DNA of 64,000 bases, from contig JBEKPB010000006.1 in NCBI GenBank assembly GCA_049521175.1, positions 41,296-105,295 on the forward strand. Direction: 5' to 3'. Within the stretch, counting starts at the first letter, position 1; every line of letters starts with the position of its first letter. Position numbers and translations under genes: made by a program. The notes under the pieces are model-generated. The model saw nothing but the letters and a program-made list of their open reading frames with translations, was not told the origin of the DNA and searched no databases. Below, piece by piece: positions 50,322 to 59,334 of this stretch. Source of the stretch: Candidatus Limnocylindrales bacterium. Its GTDB lineage: Bacteria > Chloroflexota > Limnocylindria > Limnocylindrales > CSP1-4.

Positions 50322-50756
50322 TCAGTGCCCGTGTGCGAGCGCCCCGCGGATGGCCACGGCATTGGCCTCGAGCGCCTCGAGAGTTGGCTTCGGACCCGAC
50401 CACGCCGTCGCGTCGACCGTGAAGCCGTCGCCCGCCGTGCGCGGGATCACGTGGAGATGCACATGGAGGACCTCCTGGAAGGCGGCTTCGCCGTCGGCCA
50501 GGAACAGGTTGATGCCCTCGCATGGCAGGTCCGACGACCTGAGCGCAGCCGCCAGACGCGTCGCGACCGTGAAGACGTGGGCGCCAAGGTCCTCATCGAC
50601 TTCGGCCAGAAACGCCACGTGGGTGTTGGGTATGACCATCAGGTGCCCGGGCGTGACCGGGTTGTGGTCGAGGAAGGCCGTGACTCGATCGTCGCGATAG
50701 ACGATGCTCGCTGGCGCCCGGCCGGCGGCGATCTCACAGAAGATGCAGTCGTGCAT
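50322..50756 (-). CDS. HIT-family (histidine triad) hydrolase
   Basis: CIFCEI...HVHLHVIPR motif. Confidence 0.85.
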   Translation of the reverse strand: MHDCIFCEIAAGRAPASIVYRDDRVTAFLDHNPVTPGHLMVIPNTHVAFLAEVDEDLGAHVFTVATRLAAALRSSDLPCEGINLFLADGEAAFQEVLHVHLHVIPRTAGDGFTVDATAWSGPKPTLEALEANAVAIRGALAHGH

Positions 50757-50875
50757 GGCTCGCCTCGCCAGTTCGGTCGGGTTGACCGCTCTACTATCGC
50801 CGACTTTCGAGCGGCAGGCGACGGCCCAGGCCGATCTACCGCGACGACTCCTCGCAAGGCGGGGGCCGTAGGTCG

Positions 50876-52225
50876 GTGGTTCCGCGGACCGGACGAACCC
50901 CAGACAGTGCGACTCGGCCCTTCGGATCGGCCACCGACCCGGTTATGGTTCGGGGCGTGAGCCTCGCAGCCGGCATCCGTTCCCTGGCCGGGGCGATGCA
51001 CGCGCCCAAAGTGTCCAGGTGGCTCAAGGTGGTGGGTCCGGCCTGGGTCGTGATGCTGGCGGACGTCGATGCGCCGAGCGTCATCACCGCGGGCAAGGGC
51101 GGCACCGAATCCGGGTACGCCCTTCTTCTGCCCGTCTTCGCGATCGTCCCGATCCTGTTCCTGGTCCAGGAGATGACCGCGCGCCTCGCGCTCGCGACGG
51201 GCAAGGGCCACGCCGAGCTGGTGCGGTCGCAGTACGGAGCGCGCTGGGCGGCCGTTTCGGTCGTCGGGATGGCGGTCATCAACTTCGTGGCCTACGTCGC
51301 GGAGTTCGCCGGCATCGCCCTGGGCGCGGCGATCGTCGGGATTCCCGCTCCGCTGGCCATCATCGGGGCCCTGGCGATCCACGCGTCGATGGTCCTGACC
51401 GGCAGCTACACCCTGTTCGAGCGGCTTGCCCTGGCGCTGTCGCTGGCGCTCTTCAGCTTCGTCGTGCTGGCGGTTGCCGGCCGCCCGGATCTTGCCCACC
51501 TGGTCTCGGACCTCAGCCCGCTCCCGAGCGACGTGCCGCACGACTACTTCGCGCTCGTGGTGGCGATCATCGGGGCCTCGATCATGCCCTGGATGCTCTT
51601 CTACCAGCAGTCGGCGAGCGTCGACAAGAAGCTTCGCCGGGAGGACCTGCACAGTTCGCGGGTAGAGACCCTCGTGGGTGCGTTCGCGAGCCAGGCGCTC
51701 ATGGCGGCGATAGTGATCGCGGCGGCTGCGGCGATGAAGTCGGCCGCGCCCGTCCCGGCCTCCGCCACTAACCTGGCCGACCTTCCCGAGGGCCTGGCCC
51801 GACTGGCCAGCGGCGGCGCCGGGTGGCTGATCGCGATCGGGCTCATCGGCTCGGGCCTGCTGGCGCTGGTCGTGGTTTCTCTTTCGGCGGCCTGGGGGAT
51901 CGGCGAGGTGATGGGCTGGCCGCGCAGCCTCAACCTCAAACCCAGCCAGGCCCGCCACTTCTACGCCGTCTACCTGGTCGAGGTCCTGCCCGCGGCCGCG
52001 GTCGTGCTGATCTCGCGCGACCTCGTCAGGCTGTGCGTCGGCTCGATGGTCTTCAATGTGATCGTCCTGGCGCTGCCCCTGGCATTCCTGGTCCGGTTGA
52101 CGAGCGACCGAAAGCTGCTCGGCGATCTCGCCAACTCGCGCCCCCGGGCTGCGCTCCTGTGGGTCGTGACTGCTCTCCTGCTTGGCGCGGGCATCCTAGG
52201 GATGGTCCAGTACCTGACGGGTTAA
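50876..52225 (+). CDS. mntH: NRAMP-family divalent metal (Mn2+/Fe2+) transporter
   Basis: VVGPAWVVMLADVDAPSVITAGKGG consensus. 11-12 TM. True start probably internal (MHAPKVSRWL at 50996). Confidence 0.8.
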   Translation: MVPRTGRTPDSATRPFGSATDPVMVRGVSLAAGIRSLAGAMHAPKVSRWLKVVGPAWVVMLADVDAPSVITAGKGGTESGYALLLPVFAIVPILFLVQEMTARLALATGKGHAELVRSQYGARWAAVSVVGMAVINFVAYVAEFAGIALGAAIVGIPAPLAIIGALAIHASMVLTGSYTLFERLALALSLALFSFVVLAVAGRPDLAHLVSDLSPLPSDVPHDYFALVVAIIGASIMPWMLFYQQSASVDKKLRREDLHSSRVETLVGAFASQALMAAIVIAAAAAMKSAAPVPASATNLADLPEGLARLASGGAGWLIAIGLIGSGLLALVVVSLSAAWGIGEVMGWPRSLNLKPSQARHFYAVYLVEVLPAAAVVLISRDLVRLCVGSMVFNVIVLALPLAFLVRLTSDRKLLGDLANSRPRAALLWVVTALLLGAGILGMVQYLTG

Positions 52226-52227
52226 CC

Positions 52228-52300
52228 CTGGGGGCCGGGGTTCGGGCCGGGACGGGGGCCGGGTTCGGGCCGGGGTTCGGGCCGGGGTTCGGGCCGGATG
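52228..52300. repeat. G-rich 12-bp tandem repeat (gggttcgggccg)n directly after NRAMP stop
   Basis: ggggccggggttcgggccgggacgggggccgggttcgggccggggttcgggccggggttcgggccgg. Confidence 0.75.
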
Positions 52301-52435
52301 GGGACGCGGCGCCCGGCGATGTCCGGGCCCGGTGACGCGTCGCGGATCCGAGGCGCGTGGCCTTCGCTGCCGAGATCGGAGCCGGCGGACGCCCTGCTGG
52401 GTTGTGACGTGCGCCCTCGCTCGTGGGGGCCGAAC

Positions 52436-52545
52436 TGCGTGGCCCTCGCTGCCTGGTCCGGGCGGGCTGTATTGCGTGGCCGTCGCTGCCTGGTCCGGGC
52501 GGGCTGTATTGCGTGGCCGTCGCTGCCTGGTCCGGCCGGGCCGCC
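52436..52545. repeat. 37-bp tandem repeat tgcgtggccgtcgctgcctggtccgggcgggctgtat, 3 copies
   Basis: Units 52436-52472 and 52473-52509, then a partial variant. Confidence 0.8.
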
Positions 52546-52714
52546 GGTCCGTTCTAGCGCGACAGTCACCCCAGTAATCGTATGCGCGGTCTCGGCCCCA
52601 TCGGGCGGGTTCCTGGGCATACAGGCTGGAAATTGTTGGTCGGACCACGCTCGGGACCGGCCTCGGCAGGCTTCGGTGGCCGGCTGGCCTCGTCCATTGC
52701 CGCAGGGCCATTGC

Positions 52715-52745
52715 ATAGCATTTCCGGGACTGCTATCGCGGAAAT
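52715..52745. promoter_or_regulatory. Nested palindromes ATAGCA..TGCTAT / ATTTCCG..CGGAAAT in intergenic region upstream of cPGS-like/argF/arcC operon
   Basis: Seen directly. Preceded by direct repeat ccattgc x2. Locally AT-richer. Confidence 0.35.
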
Positions 52746-52755
52746 TCGTCAGGGC

Positions 52756-52930
52756 CGGGAGGCCGCGAGGCGGGAGCTGGGATGCCGAGACGCGGGACGC
52801 CGAGACGCGGGAGGCGGGGAGCCGAGACGCGGGAGGCGGGGGCGCCGGGAGGCCGAGACACGCCGGGACGTCGGGACGCCGGGAACCGCGCGCCGCGAGC
52901 GGGGAGGCCGGGACGCGGGAGGCGGGGAGG
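52756..52930. repeat. Purine-rich degenerate tandem repeats (gccgagacgcgggaggcgggg-like units, about 6 copies)
   Basis: Copies at 52783, 52799, 52821, 52852, 52904. Confidence 0.65.
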
Positions 52931-53109
52931 AGCGCGGCCGTCGCGGGTTGGTGCGCGGCTCGGATGGGCTCTTGCGCGGCAGACCCGGCCAGACGACACT
53001 ATCGCTTGCTCCACGACCGCTGGACCAGAGGCGGAACCGGCTCGTGAGCCCAAGGTTCGCTGCCGGGACAGACCCTACGGCGCGACCGCGGAAGGGCCGG
53101 GCAATCACC

Positions 53110-54483
53110 ATGGACCGTACCCGTGTTGCCATCATGGGAGCCGCCGGTCGCGACTTCCATGACTTCAATGTCGTCTACCGCAACGACCCGAGCGTCGAGG
53201 TCGTGGCGTTCACCGCCGCGACCCAGATACCGGGGATCGCCGGGCGGTTCTACCCGGCCGAGCTGGCCGGGCCGCTCTATCCGAACGGCATCAAGATCGT
53301 GGCCGAGGTCGAGCTCGAGCAGGTGATCGCCGCCGACCGCGTCGACCTCGTCGTCTTCGCCTACAGCGACGTCGCCCACGAGCACGTGATGCACACCGCC
53401 AGCCGGGCGCTCGCCAGCGGAGCCGACTTCGAGCTGCTCGGGCCGGCACGCACCATGCTGCCGAGCTCGAAGGCCGTGGTAGCCACCGGTGCAACGAGAA
53501 CCGGCGCGGGCAAGAGCCAGACCACTCGCTACCTGGCGGCCTTGCTCGAGAAGCAGGGTCTCAAGGTGGTGGTCGTGCGCCATCCCATGCCCTACGGCGA
53601 CCTCGTCGCCCAGCGGGTCCAGCGCTACGCCACTTACGCCGACCTCGACCGCCACAACACCACGATCGAGGAGCGCGAGGAGTACGAACCGCACCTCGAC
53701 GCGGGCCGGGTTCTCTACGCTGGCGTCGACTACGAGGCGATCCTGCGCCAGGCCGAGGCCGAGGCGGACGTCGTCATCTGGGACGGCGGCAACAACGACT
53801 TCCCGTTCTACCGGCCTGACCTGTTTGTCGCTGTGGCCGACCCTCTCCGAGCCGGTCACGAGCTGCACTACCACCCGGGCGAAACCAACCTCCGTCTGGC
53901 CGACGTGGTGGTCATCAACAAGGTCGACTCGGCGACGCCGGAGCAGATCGCCGAGGTTCGGGCCAACGTCGCGGCGATGAACCCGAGGGCCCGGGTCATC
54001 CTGGCCCGCTCGACGCTGACACTGCACGGCGGCGCCATCGCCGGCAAGCGAGTGGCGGTCGTCGAGGACGGCCCGACTCTCACCCACGGCGGCATGACCT
54101 ACGGCGCCGGCGTCGTCGCCGCCCGTCGGTTCGGGGCGGCCGAGCTGGTCGATCCCGTTCCGTACGCGTTCGGTGAGCTCGCGGCTACGCTGGCCCGCTA
54201 TCCCGCCCTGGAGCACTTGCTCCCGGCCATGGGCTACGGCCAGGGCCAGATGCATGAGCTCGAGGCGACGCTCAACGCCATGCCGGCGGACCTGGTTCTC
54301 TCGGCCACGCCGATCGACTTGACGAGGGTACTCAAGCTGGAGAAGCCGGTCGTTCGCGTCCGCTACGAGCTGGAAGAGCTTGCGGGCGACGCGGCCGGGC
54401 ACGAACAGTCGAACCTTACGGAACTTCTCGCTCCGATCGTCGAGCGGGCGCGAGCCGGCTCGAACTCGGCAGTGCGCCGCTAG
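53110..54483 (+). CDS. COG2403 / cyclic 2,3-diphosphoglycerate-synthetase-like P-loop protein
   Basis: 457 aa. Walker A ATGATRTGAGKSQTT. First gene of operon with argF and arcC. Confidence 0.65.
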   Translation: MDRTRVAIMGAAGRDFHDFNVVYRNDPSVEVVAFTAATQIPGIAGRFYPAELAGPLYPNGIKIVAEVELEQVIAADRVDLVVFAYSDVAHEHVMHTASRALASGADFELLGPARTMLPSSKAVVATGATRTGAGKSQTTRYLAALLEKQGLKVVVVRHPMPYGDLVAQRVQRYATYADLDRHNTTIEEREEYEPHLDAGRVLYAGVDYEAILRQAEAEADVVIWDGGNNDFPFYRPDLFVAVADPLRAGHELHYHPGETNLRLADVVVINKVDSATPEQIAEVRANVAAMNPRARVILARSTLTLHGGAIAGKRVAVVEDGPTLTHGGMTYGAGVVAARRFGAAELVDPVPYAFGELAATLARYPALEHLLPAMGYGQGQMHELEATLNAMPADLVLSATPIDLTRVLKLEKPVVRVRYELEELAGDAAGHEQSNLTELLAPIVERARAGSNSAVRR

Positions 54484-54497
54484 CCGGAGAGATCGTC

Positions 54498-55439
54498 ATG
54501 ACGCGCCATCTCCTGACTTTGGATTCCCTGGGGCGGGACGGGATCCTCGCCAACCTGGATCTCGCCGCCCGCCTCAAGACCGCCAAGGGCATGGCCCGCG
54601 AGGCTCTTGCCGGTGGACGGGTCGGGCTCATATTCGACAAGCCGTCGACGCGGACGCGAGTCAGCTTCGAGGCCGCGGCGTGGGGCCTGGGCATGCTGCC
54701 CATCACGCTCCGGCCCGACGAGCTGCAGCTCGGCCGCGGCGAGACCATCGCCGACACGGCGAGAGTCCTGTCGCGCTATCTCTCGGCGGTCGTGATCCGA
54801 ACCTTCGAACAGGCGAAGGTCGAGGAGCTGGCGCGTTACGCCACGATCCCGATCATCAACGCCCTGACCGACGACCACCATCCATGCCAGGCTCTCGCCG
54901 ACGTGATGACCCTCCAGGAGGAATTCGGGGAGCTGGGCGGGTTGCGAATGGCGTTCATCGGCGACGGCAACAACGTCGCCCACTCGCTGATCGAGGCGGC
55001 CGGATACCTCGGCTTCACCCTGGCCATCTCGACGCCGGAGGGCTACGAACCGAAGCCCGAGATCGTCGAAGCAGCACGGGTCAACTGCCGGGTCAACGGC
55101 GGAGCCATCGAGCTGAGCCACGACGTTCGGGCGGCGGTGCGCGGTGCCGACGCCGTCTACACGGACGTCTGGGCGAGCATGGGCCAGGAGAAGGAACGTG
55201 AGGAGCGGGCCCGGATCTTCGCCGGGTACTGCGTCAACGCCGAGCTGATGGCGCTCGCGGCGCCCAAGGCGATCTTCCTCCACTGCCTGCCGGCCCACCG
55301 CGGCGACGAGGTGACCGACGAGGTCATCGACGGGCCGCAGTCGAGGGTCTGGGACGAGGCCGAGAACCGTTGGTACACCGAGCAGGCTCTGCTCTACATG
55401 CTCATCACCGGCGAGAACCGCCCGGATAGGTTGGGATGA
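54498..55439 (+). CDS. argF: Ornithine carbamoyltransferase (or related catabolic carbamoyltransferase)
   Basis: STRTRVSFE, HPCQALAD, HCLPAHRG motifs. 313 aa. Confidence 0.85.
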   Translation: MTRHLLTLDSLGRDGILANLDLAARLKTAKGMAREALAGGRVGLIFDKPSTRTRVSFEAAAWGLGMLPITLRPDELQLGRGETIADTARVLSRYLSAVVIRTFEQAKVEELARYATIPIINALTDDHHPCQALADVMTLQEEFGELGGLRMAFIGDGNNVAHSLIEAAGYLGFTLAISTPEGYEPKPEIVEAARVNCRVNGGAIELSHDVRAAVRGADAVYTDVWASMGQEKEREERARIFAGYCVNAELMALAAPKAIFLHCLPAHRGDEVTDEVIDGPQSRVWDEAENRWYTEQALLYMLITGENRPDRLG

Positions 55440-56404
55440 CCCGCCTGGCAATAGCTCTCGGTGGCAACGCCCTGATACGTCGCGGCGAGGCGGGCTCGAC
55501 CGAGGTCCAGCGCCACAACCTGGTGGCGGCGGCGCGGGGCCTGGTCACGCTGGCCGAGGGCAGCCGGGCCGAGATCGTGCTGACCCACGGCAACGGCCCG
55601 CAGGTCGGCTTTCTGGCGATCGGCGCCGAGATGGCCTCCTCGGTCGTACCGGCGCCGCCGCTGGACGTCCTTGGCGCGGAAACCCAGGGCCAGATCGGCT
55701 ATCTGCTGGCTCAAGCGCTCAACGACGCATTCCTGGAACGTGGCCGCCACCGTGAGATCGCGGTCGTAGTCACGCGGACTGTCGTCCCGGCCGACGACCC
55801 GGCATTTACCAACCCCACCAAGCCCGTCGGCCCCATCTACGACGAAGCCACGGCAAAGGAGCACGCGGCAACCCGCGGCTGGAGCGTTGCCCCGGACGGC
55901 AAGAACTGGCGGCGCGTCGTCCCGTCGCCCCCTCCGGTCCGGATTGTCGAGGCCAAGGCGATCCGTTCGCTGGTCGATTCGGGCGTGCTCGTCGTCGCCT
56001 CCGGGGGTGGGGGAGTGCCGGTAATCGAGCTACCCGATGGGCGCTATGAGGGCGTCGAGGCGGTGATCGACAAAGATCTTGCGGCGGTCGTCCTGGCCCG
56101 GTCCGTGGATGCCGACGGGCTGGTTCTGCTGAGCGACGTCGACGCCGTCTACCGCCGCTGGGGCACGCCCCGTCAGGAGGCGATCCTGCGACTTTCCGTG
56201 GACGAGGCGTTCGAGGGTCTCGCCGCCGGCGCGTGGCCGTCGGGCTCGATGGCCCCGAAGGTCCGCGCCTGCGCCGAGTTCGTCAAGGGCGGTGGCCGTT
56301 TCGCCGCCATCGGCGCCCTCGAAAACGCGGTGGCCATCGTCAAGGGCAGCTCCGGCACGTGGTTCGGCACGGACTCAGTCGGCCTTCCCCGCCGCGCGGC
56401 CTGA
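55436..56404 (+). CDS. arcC: Carbamate kinase
   Basis: IALGGNAL...VLTHGNGPQVG...VASGGGGVPV motifs. ATGA overlap with argF. Confidence 0.9.
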   Translation: MTRLAIALGGNALIRRGEAGSTEVQRHNLVAAARGLVTLAEGSRAEIVLTHGNGPQVGFLAIGAEMASSVVPAPPLDVLGAETQGQIGYLLAQALNDAFLERGRHREIAVVVTRTVVPADDPAFTNPTKPVGPIYDEATAKEHAATRGWSVAPDGKNWRRVVPSPPPVRIVEAKAIRSLVDSGVLVVASGGGGVPVIELPDGRYEGVEAVIDKDLAAVVLARSVDADGLVLLSDVDAVYRRWGTPRQEAILRLSVDEAFEGLAAGAWPSGSMAPKVRACAEFVKGGGRFAAIGALENAVAIVKGSSGTWFGTDSVGLPRRAA

Positions 56405-56439
56405 GCCTGGGTTCGTGATGAGCGGCCTCGGGGCGGGGC

Positions 56440-57006
56440 TCAGCCCTTGTCGCTCGGGAACGTGCCGAAGCCGAGGCGCGCGCTGAACTTCTCTGCGAAC
56501 TCGGCCCGGACGTTGTGGAGCTCCTCGCGGGATATGTCCAGCTCGCTGGCGATCTCGTCGAGGGTGGCGCTCTCATTGCCGCTTATTGCGTCGTCGGCGG
56601 CACAGACTCGGAAACAGGCTCGCAGCACGATCAGCCGCTGCTCCATAGTCGAGAGCTCGCGGAACTCGCGGGTCACGAGATAGTCGCTCGTGCCGCCCGC
56701 GGTCTTCTCCTGGAGCTTGGCCATCTCCACGACGAGGACCGCCTGCGACTGATCGAGGCCGGAGGTGGCTAATTCCTGCTCCATCGCGTCGGTCTCGGCC
56801 TCGCTGATCTCCATGTCCGCATACGCCGCTCGAGCCAGGACGTAGGCCATGCCGGCCAGCATCCGGGCCTTGTCGGGCGGAAGAGCCTCGAGCCTGGCGA
56901 CGATGTGCCTGACTGCCTCCGTTTCGGACGCGAGCGATGAAGGCGCCGGGGCCTCGGCGCTCGCCGGATAACCGGGACGGCTGCCCAGAAAGCGCATGAA
57001 GGACAC
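56440..57006 (-). CDS. TerB-like (tellurite-resistance TerB/DjlA N-domain family) protein
   Basis: 188 aa. Two TerB-like helical repeats with acidic residues (DMEISEAETDAMEQEL; DDAISGNESATLDEIASEL). Confidence 0.5.
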   Translation of the reverse strand: MSFMRFLGSRPGYPASAEAPAPSSLASETEAVRHIVARLEALPPDKARMLAGMAYVLARAAYADMEISEAETDAMEQELATSGLDQSQAVLVVEMAKLQEKTAGGTSDYLVTREFRELSTMEQRLIVLRACFRVCAADDAISGNESATLDEIASELDISREELHNVRAEFAEKFSARLGFGTFPSDKG

Positions 57007-57055
57007 GGATTCTCCTTGCTTGTTCGTCGCGGTCGGGCCATCGGCCGGCGCGCGG

Positions 57056-57892
57056 TCAGGCGTGAGTGAAGAGGAGGTGCAGTTCCATGATGCCGTGGTC
57101 GTCCACGGAGAGGACGGAGAAGCTGTTCGGCTTCTGGATCGAGTAGTCGGAGAAGACGATCGGCAGCGTCCCGGTCACGGCGATGATGCCGCGCTGCCGG
57201 ACCGCCTGCAAGGAGATCGTCACGCTCTTCGTAATGCCATGGAGGGTGAGCGCTCCAGTGGCGTTGACACTGACCACTTTGCCGTCGGCGGGTAGCGTGC
57301 CGAGGTCCATCGGTTGGGAGAGCTTGAAGGTCGAGGTTGGGAAGTTGTTCGTCTCGATGGCCTGGGTCTTGAGCTGACCGTCACGCTGGTCGTTGTCGCT
57401 GTGGAGCGCGGTCATGTCGACCGTCATCTGGACGTTGCTGACCTGGGCCCCGGTCAAGGTCATCGATCCGGTGACACCGGTCGATCGGCCGACTGCTGTG
57501 TGGCCGCCAACGCCCACGAGCTGCTCCTGCACTCTGAAGCCGGCGAACGAGGCCGTGCCATCGCCGACCGTTCCCATGCTGGTGTCGACGTTCCAGGTTC
57601 CGTCGAGCGTGGCCGGTGCGGGCAGGGCGGCGCCGGCGGGGATTGCGGGAGCCCCCGCGTTGACCGCCCCCGGCGCGCTCGGGCCGATCAGGATGTACCA
57701 GAGACCGTAGCCACCGGCCGCGATTCCGGCGATGACCACTACTGCAATAGCTACCAGCAGAATGTTCCGGTTGCGGTGGGATCTGGCTGGCAGGGGGCGG
57801 GATTGCGGTTGCACACTCATGGCGCGGACCTCAGGTGCGGGACAAGCCCGGGCGGGTCCGAGGCGCGGACTCGTTGGCGAAGGTACGGTCAA
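57056..57892 (-). CDS. YceI-family protein with N-terminal membrane anchor
   Basis: TM LLVAIAVVVIAGIAAGGYGLWYIL then YceI-like beta-barrel (DGTWNVD...ASFAGFRV...HGITKSVTI). Start may be internal (MSVQPQ). Confidence 0.7.
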   Translation of the reverse strand: MTVPSPTSPRLGPARACPAPEVRAMSVQPQSRPLPARSHRNRNILLVAIAVVVIAGIAAGGYGLWYILIGPSAPGAVNAGAPAIPAGAALPAPATLDGTWNVDTSMGTVGDGTASFAGFRVQEQLVGVGGHTAVGRSTGVTGSMTLTGAQVSNVQMTVDMTALHSDNDQRDGQLKTQAIETNNFPTSTFKLSQPMDLGTLPADGKVVSVNATGALTLHGITKSVTISLQAVRQRGIIAVTGTLPIVFSDYSIQKPNSFSVLSVDDHGIMELHLLFTHA

Positions 57893-58159
57893 TTCCTGAA
57901 GAACGGTTTAATCGAGGCTTGCTTGCTCACCATCCGGTCCGCGCCGCCAGCGGGACCCGAGGCGACGCGGACCGGAGGCGACGCGGGCTCGGAGCGTCCC
58001 GGCCACCCACTTCGGCCTCAGATGAACGGCGGATCGGCCGTAGCGAGACCGTAGAAACGCCGAGATGACGAGGTCGCGATGCCATACGCTGTGTGCACGT
58101 ACGGCGGGCCCCTCACTGGCTAGACGCCGAGACGTGCGTTCGAACGGAGAGGGAAGTCG

Positions 58160-59002
58160 TTGGTCGCGCCGGAAGTCGTGACGCTTCTTCTCAAGCTTCT
58201 GGCGGCGCTTTGGCTGGTCGCGACCGCAGCCACTACCGCTGCGCCGACGCCAGCCCCTACCGCACTGCCGACACCGGTACTGGCGCCAACGCCGACCGAT
58301 TGGTCGCTCAACCTCTACAACTCCGATGGCGTCCGCTACCAGAACCCTGACGGCGAAGCCTGCACTGCGGCAACAGTCGAGACGGCCCTGAACCTCGCGA
58401 GCCTCGACGGCCAGCAGCCTCCCTACTGGTCGCCCTCCACGAGCTATGCGACCGAGGAAGAGTTGTTCCGGTACGAACGAGCGCACATGACCATGCCATC
58501 GGACGTGCCAGGCTCGGACCCTCACGGCGTCCGCAACGCGCTCAACTACTTCGGCTGGGGCTCCATGGTCGCGGGCGTCTATACGGACGTTGCCCCGTCT
58601 GCCTTCGGCGCGGCCGCCAAGGCTATCGTCTCGTCGATCGCCAGAACACGCAAACCAGCCATAGTGTTCGTTATGGCTGGAGGGCACACCCAGCTCGTGA
58701 CGGGCTACACGGTGCACGGCTCGAACCCTGCGACGAGCGACGGCTTTACCATCGTTGGCATCTACCTAACGGATCCACTCCTGGGATTCCTGTCACTGAC
58801 CGGCGGCAACGGTGTGACCCAGACGTTCGCCGCGGTTCACATGAACAGCTGGGTCAGCCTTCGAGATTGGCGCTATGGGCCGGTAGCGGTCCGGTTCTCG
58901 GAGTACTGGCAGAAGGACTCCTGGATGCGCGACCCCATCGACGGCAAGGTCGGTCGCAACGAGTGGTACGGCCGTTTCGTCGCCGTCATCGCCACCCGCT
59001 AG
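58160..59002 (+). CDS. Secreted papain-like (C39-like) cysteine peptidase-domain protein; paralog of MurJ C-terminal domain
   Basis: Signal peptide LLLKLLAALWLVATAATTAAP. NPDGEACTAATVETALNL (Cys) and GGHTQLVTGYT (His). TTG start with GGAGAGGGAAG. Confidence 0.5.
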   Translation: MVAPEVVTLLLKLLAALWLVATAATTAAPTPAPTALPTPVLAPTPTDWSLNLYNSDGVRYQNPDGEACTAATVETALNLASLDGQQPPYWSPSTSYATEEELFRYERAHMTMPSDVPGSDPHGVRNALNYFGWGSMVAGVYTDVAPSAFGAAAKAIVSSIARTRKPAIVFVMAGGHTQLVTGYTVHGSNPATSDGFTIVGIYLTDPLLGFLSLTGGNGVTQTFAAVHMNSWVSLRDWRYGPVAVRFSEYWQKDSWMRDPIDGKVGRNEWYGRFVAVIATR

Positions 59003-59334
59003 ACCCCCGGCTTCCGCGCCCCTGAGTTGCACTCGAGAGGCAGGCTACGGCGCGTCTACCCAGGGCTGCAGCGCCGAAGCGCCCCTCCAACGTGGCTGCC
59101 GGAACCGGCTTGAGGTGAAGAACTACTCCAGGTCGGGTTCAGGTTTCTTCAGCTAACCGGTGCAAACGACACCTAACTGACCTCCACCATGACGGACCGA
59201 GCCAGGTTCCTGCCTGAATGGGTGGTTGTCACCGGGCGTGAGACTGTGGCCCATGGCCCTGGCTTGAGGTAGGGCCTGGGCAATTCGCTTTTGCCCCACC
59301 GCCACTCGCCTCTACCCGTCCGGAGGAGCAAGCC

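Noticed and set aside
52298-53047. 249-aa ORF spanning the intergenic repeat region
   Set aside because: The reading frame is generated by tandem DNA repeats. The product is Arg/Gly/Ala low-complexity with no start context. Similar ORFs exist on both strands.
59100-59170. Lower-GC hairpin (tgaagaa…ttcttca) between peptidase-like and CAP genes as an sRNA
   Set aside because: 7-bp arms with a 20-nt loop and no terminator. Insufficient evidence without expression data.
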